Assembly: GCA_944372545.1 (NCBI GenBank) | Contig: CALVZO010000008.1 | Coordinates: forward strand, 7,352-71,351 | Length of the DNA: 64,000 nucleotides | Direction: 5' to 3' | Source: an uncultured Bacilli bacterium | GTDB taxonomy: Bacteria; Bacillota_I; Bacilli_A; RF39; UBA660 | Shown here: in pieces, positions 36,804 to 46,363 of the stretch | How positions within the stretch are numbered: the first letter of the stretch is position 1 | Layout: each line of letters starts with the position of its first letter | Position numbers and translations under genes: made by a program | Notes under the pieces: model-generated | The model's input: only the letters and a program-made list of their open reading frames with translations | The model's database searches: none | Told to the model about the DNA's origin: nothing

Positions 36804-37322
36804 ATGAACAAAAAAGTTGGAAACAGAAAAAATAATGATGCTAAGAAGAATTTATTAGAAGAAAAAGTTATCTCAATATCTAAAGTAACAAAAGTTACCA
36901 AAGGTGGTAGACATTTCCGTTTTAAGGCAGATGTTGCTGTTGGTAATAGAAAAGGTTTAGTAGGTATTGGTACCGGAAAGGCTAATGAAGTTTCTGAAGC
37001 AATAAAGAAGGCTATTCAAGCCGCTAACAAAAATGTTGTTAAAATATCTTTAATTGATAATAGAACTGTTCCTCATGATGCAACAGGTAAAGTTGCTAGA
37101 AGTGTAGTTCTTATCAAACCTGCTAAAGAAGGTCGTGGAATTATTGCTGGTGGTGCAGCAAGAGCCGTATTAGAACTTGCTGGAGTTAAAGATATTGTTG
37201 CTAAGAGTTTAGGAGCAAGTACACAAATAAATGTGGCTAAAGCAACACTTGAGGCTTTACAATCCCAAAGAACTCCAGAACACATTGCAGCATTACGTGG
37301 CAAGAGCGTGGAGGAATTATAA
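36804..37322 (+). CDS. rpsE: 30S ribosomal protein S5
   Basis: V.KV.KGGR.F.F motif; 172 aa. Confidence 0.97.
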   Translation: MNKKVGNRKNNDAKKNLLEEKVISISKVTKVTKGGRHFRFKADVAVGNRKGLVGIGTGKANEVSEAIKKAIQAANKNVVKISLIDNRTVPHDATGKVARSVVLIKPAKEGRGIIAGGAARAVLELAGVKDIVAKSLGASTQINVAKATLEALQSQRTPEHIAALRGKSVEEL

Positions 37323-37323
37323 T

Positions 37324-37767
37324 ATGAAATTAGAAAATTTACCAAAATCTAAAGAAACAAAAAGTGTTAAAAGAGTAGGTCGTGGACCTGGTTCAGGTAT
37401 GGGTAAGACATCTACTCGTGGAGAAAATGGTCAAAAATCTAGGAGCGGTGCTTCAATTCCAGCATGGTTTCAAGGTGGACAATCTCCATTATACAGAAAA
37501 CTTCCAAAAAGAGGTTTTAATAATAAAAGATTTAGATGTGAATTTGCTTGTATCAATTTAAGTGATTTAAGTAAGTTCTTCAAAGATGGAGATGTAGTTA
37601 CTCCAGAAATTCTAAAAGAAAGAGGAATAATTAAGAATAGTCTATGTGGTATTAAAATACTAGCAAATGGTGAATTAGATAAAAAATTAACTATTAAAGC
37701 CCATAGATTTTCAAGTAAAGCTGTTTCTAAAATAGAAGAAGCGGGCGGTAAAGCTGAGGTGATTTAG
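37324..37767 (+). CDS. rplO: 50S ribosomal protein L15
   Basis: MKLENL...RVGRGPGSGMGKTSTRG. The ATG at 37324 lies 2 nt after the rpsE stop; the track start at 37231 is an in-frame extension inside rpsE. Confidence 0.95.
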   Translation: MKLENLPKSKETKSVKRVGRGPGSGMGKTSTRGENGQKSRSGASIPAWFQGGQSPLYRKLPKRGFNNKRFRCEFACINLSDLSKFFKDGDVVTPEILKERGIIKNSLCGIKILANGELDKKLTIKAHRFSSKAVSKIEEAGGKAEVI

Positions 37768-39030
37768 ATGTTTCGTGGGATTTCCCAACTTTTTAATAAA
37801 TCAAATAAAGATTTAAGAAAAAGAATATATTTTACTTTAGCATGTTTAGGATTATTTTGTTTAGGTACTACTATAACAATACCTTGGGCTTCCAGGATAT
37901 ATCAAGATTTAGGGTTCTTAGAAATATTCAACTTAATGAGTGGTGGCGGTTTGCAAAACTTCTCTATATTTGCATTAGGAGTTTCTCCATATATTACTGC
38001 ATCAATTATTACCCAATTATTACAAATGGATATTATTCCTTATTTTAAAGAACTAAAAGATCAAGGTTATGTGGGAAGACAAAAAATCAATAAAATAACA
38101 AGATATTTATCTATAGTGCTTGCTTTTGTTCAAGCATATGCATTATGTATATTCTATATGAATTCATTAAGCACTATGGAAATGATTAAAACGGCTTTAG
38201 TAATGACAGCAGGAACATCTTTCTGTTTATGGTTAGGTGATCAAATCACTAAAAAAGGAATTGGTAATGGTTCTTCAATGTTAATTTTAGCAGGTATTAT
38301 TCAAAGTATGCCAAATATCTTTATTGGAGCCTACGATTCATTTATTAATGGTGATTTTAGTCTAACTTTAGGTATTATTCTCTTTATAATATTTATATTA
38401 GTTTATATAATTGTTTTAGTTGGTATTATTTATATTCAACTAGCAGAAAGAAGAATACCTATACAATATGCAAATAGAACAACAAGTGCTTATGGTGCGC
38501 AACAAAGTTATTTACCGATTAAAATTAATTCGGCTGGAGTTATACCAGTGATATTTGCGCAAATTCTTTTAACAGTGCCATCGACAATTGTGGCATTTAC
38601 AAAAAATGAAAATGCTATAAATTTTATTAATAATTATATTGTATATACATCTAATACAGGATTAATTTTATACTTAATATTAATATTATTTTTTGGTTAT
38701 GTTTATACATTTATGATTATGAATCCAGATGAGATGAGTAAGAATTTGAATGAACGTGGTGGTTATATTCCAGGAATTAGACCTGGTGAGGATACTTCAA
38801 AATATATAAGTAATTCAATTGGCAAATTAACAATTGTAGGAAGTATATTTCTTATGATAATATCTGCCTTACCAATTATAGTTAGTAAATTCTCTAATCT
38901 TTCTAGTAGTGTTACTATTGGAGGAACAGGATTATTAATTGTAGTTGGAGTAGCAATTGAAACTTATAAACAAATAGAAAGTAGTATGCTTGCTAAGAGT
39001 TATAAAGAAAAGAGAAAAAGATTAAGATGA
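37768..39030 (+). CDS. secY: Preprotein translocase subunit SecY
   Basis: 420 aa, 10-TM pattern, operon position, GI.PYITASII and ERRIP motifs. Confidence 0.96.
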   Translation: MFRGISQLFNKSNKDLRKRIYFTLACLGLFCLGTTITIPWASRIYQDLGFLEIFNLMSGGGLQNFSIFALGVSPYITASIITQLLQMDIIPYFKELKDQGYVGRQKINKITRYLSIVLAFVQAYALCIFYMNSLSTMEMIKTALVMTAGTSFCLWLGDQITKKGIGNGSSMLILAGIIQSMPNIFIGAYDSFINGDFSLTLGIILFIIFILVYIIVLVGIIYIQLAERRIPIQYANRTTSAYGAQQSYLPIKINSAGVIPVIFAQILLTVPSTIVAFTKNENAINFINNYIVYTSNTGLILYLILILFFGYVYTFMIMNPDEMSKNLNERGGYIPGIRPGEDTSKYISNSIGKLTIVGSIFLMIISALPIIVSKFSNLSSSVTIGGTGLLIVVGVAIETYKQIESSMLAKSYKEKRKRLR

Positions 39031-39665
39031 AAAATGTAATTTTTATTGCCCCTCCATCAGCGGGTAAAGGTACATTAAGTAATATGCTTAAAGATTTAGG
39101 TTATCTTCATATATCAACTGGTGATATGCTTCGTAGTGAAATAAACAAGAAAACTGAAATAGGTAATTTAGTAAAAGAAATTATTAGTAAGGGAAATTTA
39201 GTAAGTGATGAAATAGTTTTTAACTTAATTGAAAATAAATTAAAAACTAATAGTTTACCATTTATATTAGATGGATTTCCAAGAACACTAAAGCAAGCAG
39301 AAATGCTAAATGAATTATTTATAAAATTAAATATAGATAATTATGAAGTAATTTATTTAGATATTTCATTAGAGGAAGCATTAAAAAGAGCATTAGGACG
39401 CCTTACTTGTGAATGTGGAAAATCTTATAATATATATAATGAAGAATTCAAACCAAAAAAAGAAGGTATATGTGATATGTGTGGTAAGAATTTAATTAAG
39501 AGAAATGATGACAATGAAGAGTCATTTAAAGTAAGATTTCAAACATTTATAGAAAATAATAAACCAATTATGGATTATTATGAAAAGAAGAATAAATTAA
39601 AAATTGTAGATACAATAGAAGGTACAAATATGGTTTTTGCAAAAGTTAAGGAAATATTAAAATGA
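39027..39665 (+). CDS. adk: Adenylate kinase (zinc-lid type)
   Basis: P-loop PPSAGKGT, LDGFPRT, lid CxxC..CxxC. Confidence 0.95.
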   Translation: MKNVIFIAPPSAGKGTLSNMLKDLGYLHISTGDMLRSEINKKTEIGNLVKEIISKGNLVSDEIVFNLIENKLKTNSLPFILDGFPRTLKQAEMLNELFIKLNIDNYEVIYLDISLEEALKRALGRLTCECGKSYNIYNEEFKPKKEGICDMCGKNLIKRNDDNEESFKVRFQTFIENNKPIMDYYEKKNKLKIVDTIEGTNMVFAKVKEILK

Positions 39666-40405
39666 TTAGTATTAAAAGTGATAGAGAAATAGAATTAATG
39701 AAACATGCTGGGCATATCAACTATTTAACTCATAAATTAATTAGTGAAAATATTAAAGAAGGAATTAGTACAAAAGCCTTAAATGATATTGCTCATAAAT
39801 TTATAATAGATAATGGTTGTAAACCCTCATTTCTAAATTATGAAGGTTACCCAGCAAGTATTTGTATCTCAATAAATGATGAAGTAGTACATGGTATTCC
39901 TTCAAGAAGAAAATTAAAAAATGGAGATGTTGTATCGATTGACATTGGTGTCGAATATAAAGGTTATCATTCAGATTCTGCAAACACCTATATAGTGGGC
40001 AGTGCATCAAAAGAAATTATAGACCTAGTAGATAACACAAAAAAAAGTCTATATGAAGGCTTGAGTGTTATTAAAGAAGGTGCTAAAATAAGTGATATTG
40101 GGAGAAAAATTGAAGATTTTGCTCATCAAAATCATTTAAGTGTAGTAAGAGAATTAGTAGGACACGGTGTTGGTAGTGATATTCATGAAGAACCTGATGT
40201 ACCTAATTATTTTACTAAAGATATAGTTAAATTAAAAAGTGGTATGGTAATTGCTGTTGAACCAATGCTTAATTTGGGTACAAGACATATTTATATGGTA
40301 GAAGATGGCTGGACTATCAAGACAGAAGATGGTAAGCCAAGTGCTCATTTTGAACATACAGTATTAGTTACAAAAGATGGATTTGTTATATTAACGGGAG
40401 AGTGA
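39662..40405 (+). CDS. map: Methionine aminopeptidase type I
   Basis: Metal ligands in D..ID.G and HGVG..H.EP contexts; 247 aa. Confidence 0.95.
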   Translation: MISIKSDREIELMKHAGHINYLTHKLISENIKEGISTKALNDIAHKFIIDNGCKPSFLNYEGYPASICISINDEVVHGIPSRRKLKNGDVVSIDIGVEYKGYHSDSANTYIVGSASKEIIDLVDNTKKSLYEGLSVIKEGAKISDIGRKIEDFAHQNHLSVVRELVGHGVGSDIHEEPDVPNYFTKDIVKLKSGMVIAVEPMLNLGTRHIYMVEDGWTIKTEDGKPSAHFEHTVLVTKDGFVILTGE

Positions 40406-40409
40406 TGAA

Positions 40410-40637
40410 ATGGCAGAATCCAAAAAGAATGATAAAATAGAAGTTGAAGGCAAAGTCGTTGAAGTATTAAAAGGTTCTGATTATTTAGTAGAACTATCTA
40501 ACGGCCACACTGTAAAAGCCTACGTTTCTGGTAAAATGCGCATTAACATGATACGTATTCTACCGGGTGATACAGTTACAGTGCAATTATCGCCTTACGA
40601 TTTAACACGTGGGATAATAACATGGAACAAAAGATAA
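40410..40637 (+). CDS. infA: Translation initiation factor IF-1
   Basis: S1-like fold, IEVEGKV.E.L.., SGKMR.N.IRILPGD.V. Confidence 0.95.
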   Translation: MAESKKNDKIEVEGKVVEVLKGSDYLVELSNGHTVKAYVSGKMRINMIRILPGDTVTVQLSPYDLTRGIITWNKR

Positions 40638-40649
40638 TGGAGGGAAATT

Positions 40650-40763
40650 ATGAAAGTTAGACCATCAGTAAAGAAAATTTGTAAAAAATGTAAAATTATA
40701 AGAAGAAACGGTAAAGTTATGGTTATTTGTGATAATCCAAAACATAAACAAGTTCAAGGTTAG
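40650..40763 (+). CDS. rpmJ: 50S ribosomal protein L36
   Basis: Not in the ORF track because it is under 60 aa. My translation is [37 protein letters not shown], with a GGAGGG RBS 6 nt upstream. Confidence 0.95.
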   Translation: MKVRPSVKKICKKCKIIRRNGKVMVICDNPKHKQVQG

Positions 40764-40772
40764 GAGGAAATT

Positions 40773-41147
40773 ATGGCAAGAATTAAGAATATTGAATTAC
40801 CAAGTGAAAAGCATACATGTATTGGACTTACTGCTATTTATGGTATAGGTCGTCCACTTGCAAAACAAATTTGTAAGGCTGCAGGTGTTGAAGAAACAAA
40901 AAAGATTAAAGATTTAACAGATGAAGAAATTAGTTCATTACGGAAGGAAGTAGATAATCACACAGTTGAAGGTGATTTAAGACGTGATGTTCAAATGAAT
41001 ATTAAAAATAAAATGGAAATCAATAGTTATGAAGGAGTTAGACACAAAAAAGGTTTACCTGTAAGAGGTCAAAGAACTAGTAGAAATGCTAAAACTCGTA
41101 AGGGTAAAGGAAAAGTTGTTGCTAACAAGAAAAAGGCTGGAGAGTAG
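40773..41147 (+). CDS. rpsM: 30S ribosomal protein S13
   Basis: MARI..I.LP..K....LT.IYGIG start. Confidence 0.97.
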   Translation: MARIKNIELPSEKHTCIGLTAIYGIGRPLAKQICKAAGVEETKKIKDLTDEEISSLRKEVDNHTVEGDLRRDVQMNIKNKMEINSYEGVRHKKGLPVRGQRTSRNAKTRKGKGKVVANKKKAGE

Positions 41148-41157
41148 AGGTTAACTT

Positions 41158-41541
41158 ATGGCATATAATAGAAGAAAAAGAAAAATTAAGAAAAATATTC
41201 CAGAGGCTGAAGCACATATTCACTCAACATACAATAATACAATTGTTACAATAAGTGATAAAGATGGAAATGCAATTAGTTGGTCTAGTGCTGGAAGAAT
41301 TGGTTACCTTGGTTCAAAGAAGAAAACACCTTTTGCCGCAGGATTAACTGCAGAAGCCGCAGCAGCCGCAGCAATTGAACAAGGTGTTAAAAAAGTAGAA
41401 GTTTATGTTAAAGGTTTAGGACCTGGACGCGAAAATGCGATTAGATCATTACAAAGTGCTGGATTAGAAGTTACAAGTATCATTGATGAAACACCAGTGC
41501 CACACAATGGTTGTCGTCCGCCTAAAAGACCAAGAAACTAA
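41158..41541 (+). CDS. rpsK: 30S ribosomal protein S11
   Basis: NNTIVTI.D..GNA..WSSAG motif, C-terminal [11 protein letters not shown]-like. Confidence 0.97.
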   Translation: MAYNRRKRKIKKNIPEAEAHIHSTYNNTIVTISDKDGNAISWSSAGRIGYLGSKKKTPFAAGLTAEAAAAAAIEQGVKKVEVYVKGLGPGRENAIRSLQSAGLEVTSIIDETPVPHNGCRPPKRPRN

Positions 41542-41561
41542 ACTAAAGAAAGGGACATTGT

Positions 41562-42509
41562 ATGATGATAAAATTTGAAAAACCAGAATACAAAATTACT
41601 GAATACACTGAGAGTAATCACTTTGGAAGATTTGAAATCGATCCATTAGAAAGAGGTTTCGGAACTACTTTAGGTAATGCTTTAAGAAGAGTATTATTAT
41701 CTAGTTTACCAGGAAGTGCTGTAACAAGCATAAAAATTGATGGAGTAATGCATGAATTTCAAAAAATCGAAGGTGTAGTAGAAGATGTTACAACAATTGT
41801 TTTAAATATTAAAAATCTTGTTGTTAAAAATCATACTGAAGAAAAAAAGACAATAAGATTATATTGTGATAATGAAGGACCTGTAACTGCAGGTATGATT
41901 GAAAAAAATGCAGATGTTGAAATTATTAATCCAGAATTAGTTATTTGTAATCTAGTAAGTGGTGGAAAAATTGATATTGAGATGACTGTTGAAAATGGTC
42001 GTGGATATGTTGAAGCCAAAGAAAATAAAAAAAGACTTACTGATGCTAAAGTTGGAACAATTGCAATCGATTCTTCATATTCACCAATTGAACTTGTAAA
42101 ATACGAAGTAGTTGATACTCGTGTTGGACAAAATGAAAATTATGATAAATTAATTATGGAAATATCAACAAATGGTAGTATGAATCCAGAAGAGGCTTTA
42201 GCCTTAGCAGCAAAAATATTAGTAGAACATTTCAATATTATTGCTGATTTAAATGCAATTAGTGATTTTTCTGGATTAATGCAAGAGAAAAAAGTTGATA
42301 CAATAACTAAAACACTAGAAACTCCAATTGAAGAAGTTGAATTTAGTGTTAGAGCATATAATTGTTTAAAAAGGGCTGGTATTCATACAGTTCAAGATTT
42401 AGTTGATAAAAGAGAAGTAGAAGTAACTAAAATCAGAAATTTAGGCAAGAAATCTTTAAAAGAAGTTATTGATAAAGTTGCTGATTTAGGTTTAACATTT
42501 AAGGAGTAA
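41562..42509 (+). CDS. rpoA: DNA-directed RNA polymerase alpha subunit
   Basis: GFGTTLGNALRRVLLSSLPG; C-terminal domain (SVRAYNCLKRAGI.TV.DL). Confidence 0.97.
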   Translation: MMIKFEKPEYKITEYTESNHFGRFEIDPLERGFGTTLGNALRRVLLSSLPGSAVTSIKIDGVMHEFQKIEGVVEDVTTIVLNIKNLVVKNHTEEKKTIRLYCDNEGPVTAGMIEKNADVEIINPELVICNLVSGGKIDIEMTVENGRGYVEAKENKKRLTDAKVGTIAIDSSYSPIELVKYEVVDTRVGQNENYDKLIMEISTNGSMNPEEALALAAKILVEHFNIIADLNAISDFSGLMQEKKVDTITKTLETPIEEVEFSVRAYNCLKRAGIHTVQDLVDKREVEVTKIRNLGKKSLKEVIDKVADLGLTFKE

Positions 42510-42515
42510 TGGAAT

Positions 42516-42857
42516 ATGGCATATAGAAAATTAGGAAGAGAAACACGTATTAGAAGAAGCATCTTAGCAGGATTAACTAAAGATGTTATAATGCATGAAT
42601 CTGTTGTTACTACTGAAGCAAGGGCTAAAGAAGTTCGTAAATTTGTTGATAAGATGATTACTTATGGAAAAAGAGGTACTTTAGTATCTCGCCGTAAGGC
42701 ACTAGCACTTTTACACAATGATAAAGATGTTACTAACAAAATATTTAATGAACTTGCTAAAAGATATGAAAATCGTAATGGTGGATATACAAGAATTATT
42801 AAATTAAAAGAACGCCGTGGCGATGATGCTTTAGAAGTTAAAATTGAATTAGTTTAA
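42516..42857 (+). CDS. rplQ: 50S ribosomal protein L17
   Basis: MAYRKLGR start, GGYTRI motif. Confidence 0.96.
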   Translation: MAYRKLGRETRIRRSILAGLTKDVIMHESVVTTEARAKEVRKFVDKMITYGKRGTLVSRRKALALLHNDKDVTNKIFNELAKRYENRNGGYTRIIKLKERRGDDALEVKIELV

Positions 42858-42972
42858 AGGGAAAGGTAATACTTTCTTTTTTTATTTTAAAAAGTATAAT
42901 TTTTCTACAATATTTATGTTAGATATGATAAAATATTAATTAGTGGAAATATAAAATTAATAGAGGTGTGTT

Positions 42973-43758
42973 ATGGCAAAAGTTATTTCATTAGTTAATC
43001 AAAAAGGTGGGGTTGGTAAAACTACAACAAGTATAAATTTAGCAGCAGCATTAGGAAAAGAGGGGAAGAAAGTATTATTAATTGATTTAGACCCACAAAG
43101 TAATGCAACTACAGGTCTTGGGCTTAATTCTAATGATTTTGACCATGATATTTATGAAGTAATTACGAATAAATGTAGTATCGAAAGTGGTATAAAAAAA
43201 ACTAAATTTGAAAATTTAGCGATAATTCCATCAACATTAAATTTAGCAGGTGTTGATGTTGAATTTGTAAAGAGAATGTTAGAAGATCAAGATTTTCATC
43301 AAAATGAACAATTAAAAAACGCAATAAATGAGATTAGACATATATTTGATTATATTATTATTGACTGTCAACCATCATTAGGGCTTGGAACAATGAACGC
43401 ATTAGTAGCAAGTGATTCTGTTATTATTCCCGTTCAATGTGAATTTTTTGCATTAGAAGGTATTACGCAACTTTTAAATTCAATTATTATGGTTCAGTCT
43501 AGTATGAATCCAACATTAAGAATTGAAGGAGTATTACTTACAATGCTAGATGGAAGAACTAACATAGGATTAGAAGTTATTGAGGAAATAAGAAAATATT
43601 TTAAAGATAAAGTATTTAATACAATTATTCCTAGATTAGTTAGATTAGTTGAAGCCCCATCTCATGGTAAACCAATTAATGAATATGATCCAACAAGCAG
43701 AGCCACTGAGGCTTATAGAAATTTGGCAAAGGAAGTGATAAATAGAAATGGAAACTAA
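42973..43758 (+). CDS. soj: Chromosome partitioning ATPase ParA/Soj
   Basis: Deviant Walker A NQKGGVGKTTT, DLDPQ.N.T, IDC.PSLG. Confidence 0.93.
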   Translation: MAKVISLVNQKGGVGKTTTSINLAAALGKEGKKVLLIDLDPQSNATTGLGLNSNDFDHDIYEVITNKCSIESGIKKTKFENLAIIPSTLNLAGVDVEFVKRMLEDQDFHQNEQLKNAINEIRHIFDYIIIDCQPSLGLGTMNALVASDSVIIPVQCEFFALEGITQLLNSIIMVQSSMNPTLRIEGVLLTMLDGRTNIGLEVIEEIRKYFKDKVFNTIIPRLVRLVEAPSHGKPINEYDPTSRATEAYRNLAKEVINRNGN

Positions 43759-44629
43759 AAAGAAGGCATTAGGTAAAGGATTAGAACAATTATTTACAAA
43801 TAATGTAATTAATTTTGATAATTTTGAAAAAGAAATTGTTACGGAAAATAAAAAAGATGTAACAATGATTAATTTAGATGAAATAAGAAGTAATCCTTAT
43901 CAACCAAGAAAGACTTTTAATGAAGATAGTTTAAAAGAGTTAGCCGCTTCAATTAAAGAATATGGTGTAGTGCAACCTGTTATTGTTAAAAAAAGTATTA
44001 AAGGTTATGAATTAATTGCGGGTGAAAGAAGATGTAAGGCATCAAAGATGGCTGGATTAAAAGAAATACCGGCAATAATTAAAGACTTTACTGACCAAGA
44101 AATGATGGAAATTGCTCTTATTGAAAATATTCAAAGAGAAGATTTAAATCCAATTGATGAGGCTAAAAGTGTAATGAATATTATTAAATTAAGAGGATTT
44201 ACTCAAGAAGAATTTGCGGAAAAATTTGGAAAAAGTAGAAGTTATATTACTAATTTATTAGGGTTATTAAAACTTCCTCTTAATATTCAACAAATGGTTA
44301 TTGATAAGAAGATATCTTCATCTCACGCAAGAGTTTTAAGTAAATTAGAAGATATAGAACAAATTGAAGAGTTAGCAAAGAAAATAGTTAATGAAAATTT
44401 AAATGTAAGGGATTTAGAGAGTATTGTAACAAATAAAGATGTTGTTAAAAGAAAACCAATTAAAGTTGCTATAAAAGAGCCAATGTTTAATATGTATGAA
44501 GAGGCTATTAGTGATAAAATTGGAAATATTGTAAGAATTAAAAAGAATAAAATAGAAATCAGTTTTGATTCTGTAAAAGATTTAGAAAGAATAATGGAAA
44601 TATTAAATATTTCTCTTGGAGATGAGTAA
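43748..44629 (+). CDS. parB: ParB-family CTPase/DNA-binding protein (Spo0J-like; specificity positions mixed)
   Basis: ParB-type N-terminus KALGKGLEQLF, box II IAGERRCKAS, HTH FTQEEFAEKFGKSRSYITNLLGLLKLP, ..SSSHARVL; overlaps the soj stop. Confidence 0.9.
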   Translation: METKKKALGKGLEQLFTNNVINFDNFEKEIVTENKKDVTMINLDEIRSNPYQPRKTFNEDSLKELAASIKEYGVVQPVIVKKSIKGYELIAGERRCKASKMAGLKEIPAIIKDFTDQEMMEIALIENIQREDLNPIDEAKSVMNIIKLRGFTQEEFAEKFGKSRSYITNLLGLLKLPLNIQQMVIDKKISSSHARVLSKLEDIEQIEELAKKIVNENLNVRDLESIVTNKDVVKRKPIKVAIKEPMFNMYEEAISDKIGNIVRIKKNKIEISFDSVKDLERIMEILNISLGDE

Positions 44630-44632
44630 CAT

Positions 44633-44821
44633 ATGGACAAATCATTTAATTTACATGATGAAGTTATAATGCGAAAACCTCATGCTTGTGGCACTAATTT
44701 GTGGGTAATAACAAGAATTGGGGTTGATGTCAAAATTAAATGCAAGAATTGTGGAAGAGAAATTATGATGGATAGGTTAGAATTTCAAAGAAAGTTAAAG
44801 AAGGTGGTTAATAATGCCTAA
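44633..44821 (+). CDS. DUF951 family protein (YyzM-like)
   Basis: 62 aa; MRKPHACG...W.I.R.G.D.K..C..CGR zinc-ribbon-like pattern; typical position after spo0J. Confidence 0.75.
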   Translation: MDKSFNLHDEVIMRKPHACGTNLWVITRIGVDVKIKCKNCGREIMMDRLEFQRKLKKVVNNA

Positions 44822-46355
44822 AATAAAGAGAAAAGAAAGACAAAATCTCCATCCTTTAATGGCTTATGTATTACTAATTTTAGTAGTAATAATATTAAGT
44901 GGATTTTTAAGTCTTTTAGATAGCCAATCAACTTTTTATAGTATTAATGAAAATTCTTTATCATTAATCCCCCAAACAGAAGTTGTTAATTCTTTATTTA
45001 GTTTAAGTGGGATTAAATATATATTTACAAGTACAGTTAAAAATTTTGCTAACTTTACGGTTTTATCTAATTTAATAATTATTTTAATGGGTATAGGTAT
45101 TATGGATAAAAGTGGTTTTTTACAAACTGCTATTACTTTAACTACTAAGAAATTAAAAAAGAAAACGGTAACATTTATCTTTGTGTTAATATGTATTTTA
45201 TCTAGTTTATTTGGTGATTTATCATATTTAGTATTTATTCCACTAGGGGCTTTATTATTTTATTATGGTAAAAGAAATCCAGCTATTGGTATAATTGCAT
45301 CTTTTGCCTCTCTTGCTTGTGGAAGTGGATTAAATATTTTCTTTACTAGTAGTGATTCTGCTTTAGTACCTTATACTAATTTAGCATCAAGGTTAGTAAA
45401 TGCTAATTATAATGTAACTAGTATATCTTATATATTTATTATGACTGTAGCAGTATTATTAATTGCTTATGTAATAACAAGTGTTACCGAAAATATAATT
45501 GTTAGAAAATTACCTAAATATGAATTTACAGAAACAGAATTAGAAGAAGATATTGTAACTAAGGAAGAAGAAAAAGGAATGGTTTTTGCTTGTGGAGCCG
45601 CAATTATATATTTAATTATATTTATTTATAATATAATACCGGGACTTCCTTTTAGTGGTAATCTTCTTGATAATAGTCAAACTTTATATATTGATAAATT
45701 ATTTAGTGTTAATTCATTTTTCAGTAATGGTGTTGTTTTTGTAATTACTATTTTATTTATAATATTAGGATTTTTTTATGGAATAGGGGCTAAAACTATT
45801 CGTAATCATAAAGATTTTTGTGATTCATTAGGACACTCTTTAGATGGTATTGGTAATGTTTTAGTTATGATATTTTTAGCATCAACCTTAATAAGTATTT
45901 TTAAAGAAACTAATATTGGTAATGTTTTAGTATCTAGTTTTGGTAATATTATTAATACTTCTGAATTTGGAGGCATCGCCTTAATTTTATTAATATTTAT
46001 ATTAGTATTAGTTAGTACAATATTTGTACCATCAAGTACCCAAAAGTGGTATATATTATCATCTACTATAGTTCCTCTTATGATGGATGCTGGATTTACC
46101 CCAGAATTTGCCCAATTATTATTCCGTTTTGCTGATACAGTAACAATGAATATTACGCCATTACTTGCTTATTTTATTGTATATTTAGCATTTTTAGAAA
46201 AATATAATCAAGATGATAAAAAAATAAAATTATCGACTTCATTAAAATATCAATTTCCTTATACTTTAGTAGTAGGATTAGTATTAATTTCGATAATTAT
46301 AATTTGGTATATAGTTGGATTACCATTAGGTATTAATAGTTTTCCAACAATTTAG
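44814..46355 (+). CDS. Polytopic membrane transporter, AbgT-family-like
   Basis: 513 aa, 12 or more hydrophobic segments, N-terminal ..LHPLMAYVLL.. reminiscent of AbgT/YdaH. The family call is from memory only. Confidence 0.5.
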   Translation: MPKIKRKERQNLHPLMAYVLLILVVIILSGFLSLLDSQSTFYSINENSLSLIPQTEVVNSLFSLSGIKYIFTSTVKNFANFTVLSNLIIILMGIGIMDKSGFLQTAITLTTKKLKKKTVTFIFVLICILSSLFGDLSYLVFIPLGALLFYYGKRNPAIGIIASFASLACGSGLNIFFTSSDSALVPYTNLASRLVNANYNVTSISYIFIMTVAVLLIAYVITSVTENIIVRKLPKYEFTETELEEDIVTKEEEKGMVFACGAAIIYLIIFIYNIIPGLPFSGNLLDNSQTLYIDKLFSVNSFFSNGVVFVITILFIILGFFYGIGAKTIRNHKDFCDSLGHSLDGIGNVLVMIFLASTLISIFKETNIGNVLVSSFGNIINTSEFGGIALILLIFILVLVSTIFVPSSTQKWYILSSTIVPLMMDAGFTPEFAQLLFRFADTVTMNITPLLAYFIVYLAFLEKYNQDDKKIKLSTSLKYQFPYTLVVGLVLISIIIIWYIVGLPLGINSFPTI

Positions 46356-46363
46356 GAGGTTTT

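Noticed and set aside
37231-37323. N-terminal extensions suggested by the ORF track (rplO from 37231, rpsH from 35464, spoVG from 19214, divIC from 20147, gpmI from 25903, ung from 55883, recF from 14719, lemA from 57132)
   Set aside because: In each case an internal ATG preceded by a good SD reproduces the conserved N-terminus of the family, and the extension overlaps the upstream gene or lacks an RBS.
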